Part shown: one piece after another, positions 1-15,600 of the stretch
Layout of the letters: each line of letters begins with the position of its first letter
Numbering within the stretch: position 1 is the first letter of the stretch
Origin: Hormiphora californensis
Taxonomy: Eukaryota > Animalia > Ctenophora
Reading direction: 5' to 3'
Assembly (NCBI GenBank): GCA_020137815.1
Contig: CM035354.1
Location: forward strand, 6,944,001-7,008,000
Length of the DNA: 64,000 bases
Notes under the pieces: model-generated
Seen by the model: the letters and a program-made list of their open reading frames with translations, nothing else
What the model was told of the DNA's origin: nothing
Databases searched by the model: none
Program-made: the position numbers and the translations under genes

Positions 1-29
1 TATCTTGGTATGTGATCATCCCATTTCAG

Positions 30-1857
<1,828 letters not shown>

Positions 1858-2498
1858 TAAGTTATGAAGAGAGATTTCTCGTTTAGTTAGTGTTTGTGTC
1901 TTTGTTTGTCAAATGTTGATGATCACAGGTCATTTTGTTTCTATTCCTGTACAAGTATCGTACTGTAAACGATATTAGAGAGCTCACACTGCAGAATTAG
2001 GATCAGTTATGATTTGACTCCACTTGGTCGACTATAATGATGCTCATAGTTAGCTGCTTAGAATTAATTACAGAGGTAGTAACTTGCTCAAAGCTGCTGA
2101 AGGGAGGAGTTGGTACTGCTGCAGGCTTCTTCTGTGTGTATCGTCATTGCAGTAGTAGTCTGCACCTACCGCAGTCTGTAACAGCTGATCTCTCGATTGT
2201 TGAGCCTCTTTTTGCCCTCTACGCTTGTCATGTTCGGGGCTTCACTTTCTTTCCACCTCTTCCTTTCTCTTCCCTTTTTCTGGCTCTAAATCTTTTCCCT
2301 TTCCCTCTCATCGTCGATAAACCCGAAAAAAATAAGGAGCAATGACCTAATGCTGAGAAACAGCCCTTTCTCTTTCTATTTTTCTTTTTATCTCTCGTTC
2401 TCTGAGAAGGTGTAGGTCTCTCGACGCGGGATCTTCTTTCTCTATCAACTATCTCTCACACCGTCAACATATAACACCCCAATGTGTCTTTTTGAATA

Positions 2499-2625
<127 letters not shown>

Positions 2626-2901
2626 GCCAATATTTCTCCCTTTGAAGAAGTCACGTGATTTTTGTTTTAACGGCGCTTACAGCACGGCTTCCTAACTCTG
2701 ATTCGTTTCTTCATCCCCTCTCAGCAGTTCTGTGATTCATTGTTCCTTGACTCAGGACTCTCTCTTTCCCTCTCTCCCTCTCTTGCAGCTATTATAGTTG
2801 TGATTCATTAATCATTGTTCCTTGACTCTCTCCCTCTCTCTCTCTCTCTCTCTTGCAGCTGTAGTTGTGATTCATTGTTCCTGTGTTGTTGCTGTCCCAA
2901 A

Positions 2902-5900
2902 ATGACAGACCAAAAGAAGCAAAGTGGTAGTACACTGAAACGGTTACTGCGGTTCCGCAAGAAACGGCAGGCCCCTCCCCCTACAACCTGTGTCCGGCAT
3001 CATGACTATGTATGTCTTTCAATTGTTTGTGCCTTTCATCAACATTATAGGGTCCATTTACAAAACTGGATCCTGGTACCAGGTTCCTGACGTGAGTTTC
3101 CAACTGGAGTGCTGACATGGCGCCGTGCGCTACATTCAATTCAAATCAAATCAAAATGGAAATTTCCGACGTATTCGCTAGTCTAGATGACGCTCAGCGT
3201 GTTTTATCGGGAAAGCCCCATCGGAAACCTGGTACCAGGGACAAGTCCTGACAGTATTTTCCAAACGTAGCGTTAGGCCGTTAGAAACACATCGATTCAT
3301 TGGTGTGTGTTGTCAGCGTCTGTAGGTATACTGTTTACTTCGTCCTAAAACTGTTGACGGCAACTGCACAGAAACCCTGGGTATTATTTCTTCGTATGTG
3401 ACTCCCCCTCCCCATGCCGGAGAGTGTAATAATAATATGCAGCATGAGATAAGACTTGTCGACCTTAAACTGACACATTATATGACCCTACTCAAATATC
3501 CTACCTTCTCAAATACCTTTACATTTTTACCTAGCTTGACCCCTTTCAGGAGCCTCTAGCTCACACCGTTTCTCATATCCCCTCCCCCGTTTTCCACCTC
3601 CCTCTCACACCGTTTCCCACGCAGTTTCTCAGTTGGAAGACCACCACCCCTTCTTCTCCTGTGGAATTTAGAGGGCAGACTATCCAGCAACAACACCAGC
3701 AGGTCTTGCCTCGCTCCGCCTCTGAGAGGCAACATGAATACCAGAGAATCCGGCTGGAGTCTCTCTCAATTTCCGGCGATGAGGCACCACGACGTGAGTA
3801 AATTTAGGTGTTCCATATTAATCATCATTAATATCATGATAATGAGACAGAGTTTAGATCTGGAACACCAGAACCAGGATGATGTGTGCTTGTGAATGTG
3901 TCCTTAAAACTGTGTGTATTTTCAGCCCGTCGAGGATCATCGCTACAGAAGTCGAAATCGTTCTGCAGTAGGAAGATAGATCAACCACCGCCCCCACTCC
4001 CACCAAGGGTATTGGATATTCGAAGAACTTGTCTGAGCAAAAGTCGTAGTTTCAACACTGAACAATCCAACCCATGTGAGTCAAGTGTGACTGTGAGTAC
4101 TGAGTATTATTGCGCGCTGAGGACGCGCGCAGTTTGACTGTGGAAAGCACACAACCGAAGTAGTAACTGCGCGTTAAAACATGTTTCAAATGTAGGGGAG
4201 CCACAGGTAATATGGGAAATTTGGTAAAATGGGAAATCGGTGTTTTGAAAAGATTGGCCATGTTACAGGCTCATAAATAGTTAATAACTCTTATTAGTGA
4301 TCTTAGATTAGTTCTGAAACCGTTTATAGCCTTGGTGGGATATGTTTACATGGTACAGTGTACCGTACACTAACACCCTCGTCATCTTAAAATACGGATT
4401 GTAAAAAATCAGGCTACTTTTTTCATTTGGTACACACGTCTCTGTTTCCTTGAGAAATTATCGATCTGCTTAGTTTATGAGCAAGGTATTTATAATCTAT
4501 ACCTGAAGAGATCAGAGCATCAAAATTAACGTGTCTAATTATAATTAGCTAATTATAGAAACTCATGATTTTGGTATAATGGGATACTTTTATTTTACTG
4601 AAATGGGATACCCCATTTTACCAAAATTTCACTATCCCATTTTTCCAAAACATGTTTTGGGAAAATGGGATAATGAAATTTTGGCTTTAAATGACTGTTT
4701 AAACGGCCATTTTAAACGCAAATTTCTCAGTTACGATTAGTACTATAGCCTATTTTCGCTTATAACTCGAAAAAAAACTTGTATATTCTGAAAAAATACA
4801 CCGAGTATCAACTGCAGAACACGACTACACGTGTGGATATAATTATTCAATTCTCATTAATATAATCCTCTATTATAGACACCAAAAGGTTTCTGGTATC
4901 CATGTAGCTTTCTTAGTTTAGGAATTACTAAATATTATCCACATTATGTGTTAACGATCAACTCTTTGGTCCCCAATTCTTTAGCAATTTTTAGAGAATT
5001 TCTAAATTGTGGACCTGTCTGAAATTATATGCAGGTAGCAGCCCGCTAGGAAATGAACCTGTTCACGCTTTAACCCCTGCTGTTGAACTTAGGAGTGTTA
5101 TTTGAGGCTTTAGGGACCCGTTGGTGAAGAAATTTGGTAGCTTGTCTCTAAATTTTCATGATTTCACGGCTGTCGGCTATAGCGGAGCCTTCAGACCACT
5201 TACTAATAATAAACAAAACTTGAATACCATTACAAACTAGTTTAATCCCAGCAAAGTGCAATAAAGTTACCATATACTGACGAAAAATTAATTTTGATAA
5301 AATGGGATACCAATTTTTTGATAAAATGGGATATCCCATTTTCGTTAAAAATGGGTATCCCATTTTAGCAAAATAAAATTCCACTGCAAATTTTCAAGGT
5401 AATATGGGATAGTGCCAGATCTCCGTTATGGAGCATTCATTGGGTTAGTTTTGGTGGTAATGTGTTAGCTTGGTCCAAATAAGACACATCTATGAAGACG
5501 GCGTGACTTTATTGTCATCTGATAAAAAATTATGGCCAAAAGTTGTTAGGTATCCCATATTACCTGTGGCTCCCCTACATGCGTCAAGAATACATTACAC
5601 AAATCAGTGTACATTGTACAATTATTGTACACTCGCCGTGTTGTGCATTTTATACTTATCTGCCCCCACTTTCAGACGATATTTATGTGATGCCCGATCA
5701 AGGAGAAAACCATCAACCACGACCAAAGAACCCTGAACCGATAAAGCTTGCTATGGTCCGACCTTCATTTCGAAATGACCTCCCCCCAGACCAATGCCCA
5801 CCCACCTCCCCAGGTAACTTATATCCAGCCCTAAAATTTCCATCTGGGGGGAGGGGGGTCCAGCCGGATGGGGTCAAAACGCGCGTTTTTCCGGTCAGGC

Positions 5901-6962
5901 TCGCAAAAATACGCCGTTTTTAGCGCAGGAAACGCCACCCAAAACAGACGCCGCTATGAATGCGTGTGATGTCTAATGGCATAAAAACGGGTCTAACATG
6001 TGGTCCATCGTTTGGCACACAAAATAAGACCAAACTTGGATCTATAATCTGCATAATGAGAGAATGAGAGCCATTTGAAAACTTTAACATGAAATATATT
6101 TTTTTCGCTATTCGGAGCGTGGACATATTTGGTACCAAAATGGTCAGGGGGCTGTACTGGATAGTCTGAAACCAAATTTGAGAAGGTGCGGGCAAGCGAA
6201 CTTTGACTTTTTGCAGTATTTATGCTAAAAAATCGCTTTCCAGCGCCAATTTTATGTGTAAAACGCGCAACAGGGTCGAGATTTAAAGCTCTGTTGCGCG
6301 TTCTGGGGTCATAAAAACGGCATCTCGCGAGCTGACCGGAATTGACCCCATAGTCTGCAGCCCTAAAAAGGCGAAGTCATCGGCCAAAATCAGGTACCGA
6401 TGGCCTTTTTAGGGCTGGACCCCGACCACCCCTCATTATCCTTGTTCCCAATTAACACTCACATATCCCAGGATCGAGGAAGCATAGGCCTAGTGGAAGT
6501 AATACTGCTGTAAGATCCCCCACCACTAAACTACCTCACGACTCTCCACCTCCCCCTCAATTACCAGTGAAAACCAGAACTACAATGAGACGAAGAAGAC
6601 AGGTTGCAATCGAGGATGAAGATTACAGTTATGATGATGTGGAGTTGGTTCCAAGATCAATCAGCGGGGCAGGGAAGGGGCCAGGGGGTCTACTGTTAGG
6701 AGGGACTGGGGGTCTACTACTACAAGGAGGGACAGTGCAGGGAGGTGAGGTACTGAAGGGAGGGGGAGTGCTACAAGGATCAAGTATGCTTGTTAAATCC
6801 CGAGGAGGAGGATTAGGGGGAATAGGAGGTGGAGGGGGAGGAGGAGTAGGAGGAGGTGGGGGAGGAGGTGGAGTTATTAGTAGCGGATATCCAACCCGAC
6901 CAGCACCTCAGCTACCACCCAAGCTAAGCAAGGCTCCACCAGTACCCCCAAGGAACAATTGA
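2902..6962 (+). CDS. Disordered Pro/Tyr-motif-rich adaptor-like protein, or the C-terminal tail of the SOS-like gene. Exons ~2902-3009, 3550-3793, 3925-4075, 5676-5813, 6471-6962
   Basis: Phase-compatible GT-AG exons encode PPPPLPPR, DIYVMP, DYSYDDV, PQLPPK and PPVPPR motifs. Confidence 0.6.
4195..5575. mobile_element. Non-autonomous TIR DNA transposon (MITE-like) with TA TSD
   Basis: TIR GGGGAGCCACAGGTAATATGGGA / TCCCATATTACCTGTGGCTCCCC flanked by TA on both sides; internal AAATGGGA repeats; no ORF. Confidence 0.85.
5825..6418. mobile_element. Composite MITE-like insertion (CCAGCCCTAAAA...TTTTAGGGCTGG) containing an inner ~500-bp element (~5861-6357)
   Basis: Short inverted termini; the inner segment, bounded by ATGGGGTCAA/TTGACCCCAT, is absent from the duplicate locus at ~8490. 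Confidence 0.6.
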
Positions 6963-7409
6963 GATAAACAGTTTTATGGAATTTAATACTGGACTGGCCG
7001 TAAAACAAACTTTACCTGTACAATTGATATATTGAGTGAAAACAGTCAAAAATTTAAGAAAAAAAAGTCTAGACACCCATAAATATTCTGTGCAATTTTT
7101 ATTTTCGCGTCCCCACACACACACACACACGAACAAAATAACTTTGTAGTATCTGTCGAGCAAACACCACCCAGCACAAACACCACTACCAAGCCACTTT
7201 AGAACCACGCTATTTACACAAACTGACAAAACTTGTTCAGTTACTCAACAAGACAAAACAGTCTCTGACGATCATATATCCCGTTATCCCATCATAATCG
7301 ATTGAATCTGACGATATATATCCAAACAGTCGACTGACTTGATAACTGTCCGATAAAACAATCAATTTTAGATTTACAGTCCCCAAACACGACCTATGAC
7401 CTCTATGTA

Positions 7410-9581
7410 CTGAAAAAAACCGAGTATCAACTGCAGAACACGACTACACGTGTGGATATAATTATTCAATCTCATTAATATAATCCTCTATTATAGACAC
7501 CAAAAGGTTCTGGTATCCATGTAGCTTTCTTAGTTTAGGAATTACTAATATTATCCACATTATGTGTTAACGATCAACTCTTGGTCCCAATTCTTTAGCA
7601 ATTTTTAGAGAATTTCTAAATTGTGGACCTGTCTGAAATTATATGCAGGTAGCAGCCCGCTAGGAAATGAACCTGTTCACGCTTTAACCCTGCTGTTGAA
7701 CTTAGGAGTGTTATTTGAGGCTTTAGGGACCCGTTGGTGAAGAAATTTGGTAGCTTGTCTCTAAATTTTCATGATTTCACGGCTGTCGGCTATAGCGGAG
7801 CCTTCAACCACTTACTAATAATAAACAAAACTTGAATACCATTACAAACTAGTTTATCCCAGCAAAAGTGCAAATAAGTTACCATTACTGACGAAAAATT
7901 ATTTTGATAAAATGGGATACCAATTTTTTGATAAATGGGATATCCCATTTTCCGTTAAAAATGGGTATCCCCATTTTAGCAAAATACAATTCCACTGCAA
8001 ATTTTCAAGGTAATATGGGGATAGTGCCAACGATCTCCGTTATGGAGCATTTCATTGGGTTAGTTTTGGTTGGTAATGTGTTAGCTTGGTCCAAATAAGA
8101 CACATCTATGAAGACGGCGTGACTTTATTGTCATCTGATAAAAAATTATGGCCAAAAGTTGTTAGGTATCCCATATTACCTGTGGCTCCCCTACATGCGT
8201 CAAGAATACATTACACAAATCAGTGTACATTTGCATTGTACAATTATTGTACACTCGCCGTGTTGTGCATTTTATACTCACCCCTTAACGACCCAACGTT
8301 CAGACGATATTTATGTGATGCCCGATCAAGCAGAGAACCATCAACCACGACCAAAGAACCCTGAACCGATAAAGCTTGCTATGGTCCGACCTTCATTCAG
8401 AAATGACCTCCCCCCTGATCAATGCCCACCCACCTCCCCAGGTAACTTATAACCAGCCCTACAATTTCCATCTTGGGGGGGGGGGGTTCCAGCCCTAAAA
8501 AGGTTAAGTCATCGGCCAAAATCAGGTACCGATGGCCTTTTTAGAGCTGGACGTCCAGCCCTAAAAAGGCCATCGGTATTCGGTACCTTGATTTTGTACC
8601 ACCTCATCATTATCCTTGTTCCCAATTAACACTCTATGTCACACATCCCAGGATCGAGGAAGCACAGGCCAAGTGGAAGTAATACTGCTGTAAGATCCCC
8701 CACTAAACTAGTACCCCACGACTCCCCACCACCCCCTCAATTACCAGTTAAAACCAGAACGACAATGAGACGAAGGAGACAGGTTGCAATTGAGGATGAG
8801 GATTACAGTTATGATGATGTGGAGTTGGTTCCAAGATCAATCAGCGGGGCAGGGAAGGGGCCAGGGGGTCTACTACTAGGAGGAACAGGGGGTCTACTAC
8901 TACAAGGAGGGACAGTACAGGGAGGCGAGGTAGTGAAGGGAACAGGACTGCAAGGAGCAAGTATGATTGTTAAATCCCGAGGAGGAATAGGAGGAGGAGG
9001 AGGAGGAGGTTTAGGAGGAGGAGGAGGAGGGGGAGTTATTAGTAGTGGGTATCCAACCAGGCCAGCACCTCAGCTACCTCCCAAGCTAAACAAGGCTCCG
9101 CCAGTACCCCCAAGGAACAATTGAGATAAACAGTTTTATGGAATTTAATACTGGACTGGCCGTAAAACAAACTTTACCTGTACAATTGATATATTGAGTG
9201 AAAACAGTCAAAAATTTAAGAAAAAAAAAGTCTAGACACCCATAAATATATTCTGTGCAATTTTTATTTTCGCGTCCCCACACACACACACACACGAACA
9301 AAATAACTTTGTAGTATCTGTCGAGCAAACACCACCCAGCACAAACACCACTACCAAGCCACTTTAGAACCACGCTATTTACACAAACTGACAAAACTTG
9401 TTCAGTTACTCAACAAGACAAAACAGTCTCTGACGATCATATATCCCGTTATCCCATCATAATCGATTGAATCTGACGATCATGATATCCCATCCTAGTC
9501 GACTGACTCTGATAACTGTCCGATAACAATCAGAATCTATAGATTCTACAGTCCCATATCACTGACTCTATGACCCTCTAT
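7410..9581 (+). repeat. Tandem duplicate of ~4788-7406 (MITE right half, last two exons at ~8303-8441 and 8651-9124, 3' UTR)
   Basis: Collinear near-identical sequence; the ORF track shows paired translations. Confidence 0.9.
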
Positions 9582-9601
9582 TAAGTTGGGATGATCACAC
9601 A

Positions 9602-12600
9602 CTATCGCTCATGTTCAGTTTCAGTTTCCACAATGATGTCCTCATCATCTGTCATCTGTCTGGGTTTTATCTTTCCTCCGGAGGGGAACCACAAACCTAG
9701 GAAAGAGATGATGATTTAGAAAGGAGAGATATGATGTTTTAGTTTTAAAAAGCAATATTTTGTAAGAGAAAGATTTTGAAGAATTTTGAGCTGTTTTTAT
9801 TACGTTTTACCACAAAAACTGACTGTTTCTTGTTTTCGGATTTGGCGGCGCCGACCCTTTATTTTAGCGCGATGTCGCGTTTTGAGAATCTAAACGGGAT
9901 CGGTACCGCCAAACAGTAGTTATAAATAGAGGGGGGGGGGGGACATGTTAATTGTTAATAAATCACCTCTTTTTTTCGATTTTGTTAATTAAAGTTAATT
10001 AACAAAATTAACAAAATTAACAAATGCTAAAAGACTGTTCTTATTGGTTGATAATACGACTTTAACTGGTTTAATTTTATAGTTTAATGAATTATCTAAC
10101 ACATATATACCCAAACAAGGCCTTTTCCGATAACCAAAGTCCGACATACAGGTTTTTTGGCTCAAAATCGATGAAATTCCAAAAGTTACAAATATTTCAA
10201 TTTAGCGTATAAAATCTCATTTAAACGTAATTTTTAAATTGGTAATCGATTCTTTGGACTTAATAAGATGATGTACAACGTTTCTGTTGAAAAAAGAAAT
10301 AAAATTTTCACAAAATCAATTTTTTGGTCTAGGATTGAAAATTTGCTTCGCTACAAATCCTTGTGTTTTTTTAGAAAAATAGATTTTTGGGATATTTTTC
10401 GTTTTAAGGTAAATTCATGGGTCTTGTTTAGTTTTTAGGGTGTGAAAATGTGGATTAGGGTCATTTGACTTCAATTGCGGTTTAGTTTGGCTAGTTTTTA
10501 TTAACATTTACAAAATGGACTAAATCGCTGTAGAAAAGCCGTAGTAGAGGTAGTAGGGGTATGTAAATCGTATAACAGAATGAACAACTTTGCTCGCAGA
10601 ACAAGTGTTAAATACACTAAAAATACGTGCTAAAGGGGATTTAGATGGCATAAATGGCATTTGTTAACGTTTGTTAACTTTTTGTTAATTTTGTTAATAA
10701 ATCACCTGTTTTCTCGATGTTAATATTAACAAAGTTAACAAAATTAACATGTCCCCCCCCCCCCCAAATAGAGGCATTTACCAAACGGGACAAGTCCAGA
10801 TGAGTACTACCCCCATGTTGTATAAAACTAGAGGCTGTATTTACCTAGCTTCTGTTCCATGTTAGCGAAGACCCGTTGACTGTACCGATAGCCTCCAATG
10901 TGATCCCTATACTCATCCAATGGCATGTAGGAGCCTATCTTTCCAACTTTCTGGGGCTCAACCTTCTTGGCAGGTCCGTAGGGGAATATCCGTTGCAGCA
11001 TTTCATACACAGCTGAAATGAATTTGAATTATTCTGATTGTCTCAAACGAAGTATTAATTGGGATTGGGATTGTACTTATTTCAAATAAGTACATAAGTT
11101 ATTTGTACAGTGCGGGTCAGGCCAATGCTCTGACACCGCGGTTTTAAATAAAAAAGGGGTTAGAACAATGATCTGACTGTAGAACGTACTGGCCCCAGTC
11201 TGCCACCAGTTCTCTCAACGTACGGGTGGTTTAGAGGAGTTCTAGGAAATTCTAAGCTTCTTTTTCTCACTTCTCTCAGTAAGAAACTATATAAAATCTA
11301 AGAGATAAAAAAGAGTAAAAACAGAGAGATTTTGAATATGCAGAGACTGGTCTCAAATTATGGGATCTCTCGGCATCTCTCTGTTCAAGAATAGCTCCAG
11401 GTAACTCATTAGCATTTTAAAGCAAGCTAACATTTTTAGAGATCAAAGTCTAGAACTACAAGACATGGGATGTTTATTAAACAGTGTTTGGCATTGAAAA
11501 GGGGGTTCCCCAGCTTGGTGCCCCGGCCGGGGAACAAAGCCTCTAATATTAATATTGAACTTTATAGAAGTCTGCATGCCTTGTTAAGGATTAAACGCAA
11601 CAAGTAAAGTTCAAACAGCCTGGAATAGTTGTTCTGCAATATCTTTTCAACTTCTAAATTTCTTGTATTTTTGTTTAATTTTTGTGTCTTCCCCGTTTTT
11701 CTATGTTATGGGTTGGTAGCATGTCTTGATGATGTTGAGGCTGTGTCAGGGTTTGTTTAGTTTTTACCCGACCATCCTTCAGAGTTCAGGCGTTTATCTA
11801 AGAAGGGTCGGGTACAAACCTCCTACTGCACTTTGTGACGATCAGTGATTACCCCCGGTGTGTTGTAAATCAACCCCCACCCTCATCTTATTACGATGCG
11901 ATGTTCATCACACGCTTAGTTTAGCTTAGTTTTCATAAGTTCCCACATTAAAATATTATTTATTATTAGGAATCTATAGGATACAATTATTACAAGCACT
12001 GTGTCTCAACTTCCATCATGTGGGGTATTGTTATACTTGTGATCCTCTCTCACAATGTATACTGCACAGGTAATTATCTAGTTAATTAAACAATCACATA
12101 ATTAAGTAATTAATTAATTGACTGATTAACTAGTTCGTCACCTAATTTATTTTCCAGAGTTGTGGAACCCAGTTGAGAGTGGAGTCAAGTTTCCCTGGGA
12201 CCTAGAATCTACTCCGATCTCTATCAAAACCACCATCCCAATGGGCTCCACCCTCTACATCGAACTGGATTTTTACGACTCCGTCGGGACATACATTGGG
12301 GACGTTCGTATCTACTTTGATTCTCCGAACATGGCATATGAAATGATATACTGCATCGAAAAGAGAACCTTCGACTCTCCACCACCCACCACGGACGATA
12401 AAACTTGGACCATCACCAAATCGGGTACCGCCCTGACCATCTCATGCAATGGAGTGCAGATGGAAGTCGTGGTGTTTGCAGATGAGACCTCGTGTACCAA
12501 CTTCTATGGAGATGTAGTGACCGACCTCTACTTTACTAACAACCATCCAAATTACTATGGACCGATTACAATGAATCCAGGTAAAAAAGCTGTCCGGTGT

Positions 12601-15600
12601 GCACCAGACCCATTCTCTGAAAAAAAAAGGGTCGAGGTGCGCACCTGGGAAGTTACGGAGCTGCTGTTTTATATTTTATGGCCACGTCTTTTAGCTACAG
12701 CTATGCAGAGCTGATATCATACCGGGGGAGGTGAGTAACTTAACAAAGATATTGACGGGATGGGATGAGGCCAGTGAGACAAATTATTTATTACTAATTA
12801 GTTGACTAAAGTTTTTAGGCAAGTGGAGGGAAACACTTGTCTAACAAAAATGAACACAAAAATAGGTTAAAAATCAGACAAGCTGACCACTCTCTCGGTG
12901 CAATGGTTGAAACTTGACAATCGGAGGGGGGAGTGGTTACTAACCTAGTGTTACTCCAAATTGAGGTGATGATCGGAACATCCTAGCTGGTGCTCCCTTC
13001 CAGAACACAGAGAATCCCTCCTCCAAGTAGAGACGTCTGGCGCAGTTTGTTAGTCCTGTGTAGGGTGCCACACCTTCCCTTGGAGCTACCTGGATAAAGT
13101 TGGGAAACAGGTAATAACAGCTGGTTAACAAAATGTCAGATACAATGACAAATACCCTTTCCAGTGAGGGTGTTGCAACATGTTTCAGATAGCAGACCTT
13201 TAGCATTATCTAACAATGTTTCAGATTATCTGACCTGTAGTCGTGTTTTGATAACATCAGCAGGGGTAACAAGTGAGGCAGAAGGAACACCAGCCAGTGT
13301 TGCAGCAGTCAGAATCCCAGGGAGATTTGTTACCCCTGTTTCTTTATCCGCAAAGGCAGTCTTCAGGTGAGCATATGTGGGGAAGTAGATGGCAGAGAAG
13401 GGAGCATCACGTAAAATGCACGCCCTGGCACCCTAGGGAGAGAGAAGGGGAGTTAAATTAAATATTGGGAGAGAGAATGATTTGGAAACTAACATTTTTG
13501 ACATTTCATAATTTTGGCAGGACAAAACAGGATTCAAACCTTGTAAAGACCTCGAAATCCCAGATCTCGCACAACTTGCATGGCGGACAATTTCCTAGTG
13601 CTGGCAACCTCACCCGCCACCTGGAGCCGAATCTTAACAATCTCAATGGGGTTGGTGAACATCACTTGGGCACACCCACCCTGTAGAAAGGAGGATTCGT
13701 GTTAGAATCTAATAATTGAATAGTTGGACTGAATCTGAACTATCAATAATTTAGGAAATGACAATTCATTTATCTTGTTAAAATAATTAGAGAGTAAGAT
13801 AGAATCTGAAGAATCAATAGAAACATTGTATTATGTTTGTATGTTACATCTTACCATAGCACCAGCTATCAGCTCCCCACTAAAAGGTATCTCTCCAGTT
13901 TTGTAGTCAGTAAAATAGTTCCTCACGGCATCATTGGTCGTCATCTTGATCGCTTTCTCGGGGGCCACACCGCACAGCTGTGGAATCAAACCCCGGTACA
14001 ATCCCTTCACTCCCTCGAACTTTAGAACCTTCTTGAAGCAATCCCAGCTGTTCTTATAAAGAACTTCGTCAGCGATGGTAGTGACTTGGTTTTGTAGACG
14101 TGTTTTAACAAGGTCGATCGGGTAGACAAATGCAGCACCGCATCCTGTTTGAAAAAGAGTTAGAGAGAAAGAATGGAATCTTAGGATATGTGTAGATATT
14201 TGCTTCGCAATATAATTGTGTAATTGGGAAGCGTGTAATTGGCTGGACAACTGAGATTGCACAGACGGCGGTTTTCGCGCCATACCCCCTGGTTTTACGC
14301 CGTTCGGCGAAGGCGCGCGCGCTCACTGTCACTAACTTTGAAGCGCAACTTCGTCGGTTTGGCGTGATAGGGATATTCATTTTATGTTATTGGGTATTGA
14401 ACTTCAATGTAATAGGATTATTAAAATTATGACAGATTGATTTTAGCCTTACCTCCGCCAAGAGCACTGAGAGAGAATCTGTAAACTTGTACTGTGAGTT
14501 GTTCAGCTACTGTTAGTGATTTTGTTTCTTCCTAAAACAAAGATATTGTCATTCTGTATAACACACAAAATACATTTGTTATAACGATCATGAATTGTTG
14601 AATACCTTCTTAGATTTTGTCTGCTTGGACAGACTCCGTGACGGGATGAGAAGGTTGAAGTCTCGGAGTGAGATTTTCCTGAAAAACACACACGTCATGG
14701 TATAAGGCAGGGTAGCACCCAAAATAGCTCTGCACTGTGCACATATATCAGTATATAGCTGTCAAACAGCCTGGTGTTCTACACACTGCACTGCAGTAGG
14801 ATATATCTAGGATAATTATGCATGCAGTAGCACACATGTTACAATTTTAACACTGCACGAGTGTGTACAGTGCAGGACATATAATTAGGGGCTGTTCTAA
14901 ACCATCCATATCATGTGGAAATGTTGTTTTTAATTTACTTTATAGATCATAAAGCGACGATATTGTAACTTGATTACCAAAACTAATCAACTGAATGAGC
15001 CCTAAAAATCTAAACAACTCCCAATCTACTACTACTGATTACTTGCTACTGATTTCACATACCCTGTATTGTCGTGGTCTAGGAGCCGCCACAGTAGGGT
15101 AGTCTGAACGGGAGTTATCGCCTCACTGAACCTCCATGCAGCCATATCGAACTGATCTGAAGGGGGGGGGTGTCACCATATATTAGTATTGGAAAAGGGG
15201 GGGGGGTGGGTGTCGTCATACCGCTCACGGATACGTAAAGACTTTATTATCTATGACAAAAGTAATCGAAAGTTTGTTAGGGTGATACTTGGCAGCATGT
15301 AGTGTAATTGTAGGCGGGCGTGAATGGGATATAGAACTGGTAAAGGCTATCCGCTAGAAAGAGAGAGAGGAGAATATGTTGCGACTCTCAATCCCATACA
15401 GATATAATATAATGGCATGCAGGAATATTTCCTTACTCTCTATCTCTCTTTTAGAAACTCTATCTTGTTCAGAAACGAGTTGGCCCAGAGGGCAATAACA
15501 AAATACGACCAAACTGGCCAGTATCTGCGGTTGAGTTACCCGCCTAAACTTAACCCGTGTTTCCCCAAGGGACTGATAGATAAAAGAATATTGCATGCTG

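Noticed and set aside
3070-3240. Short inverted repeat around CCTGGTACCAGG
   Set aside because: Too short and no TSD; cannot support an element call
5148-5736. ORFs within the MITE and its duplicate at 7904-8364
   Set aside because: No transposase motifs, and frames are not preserved between the two copies
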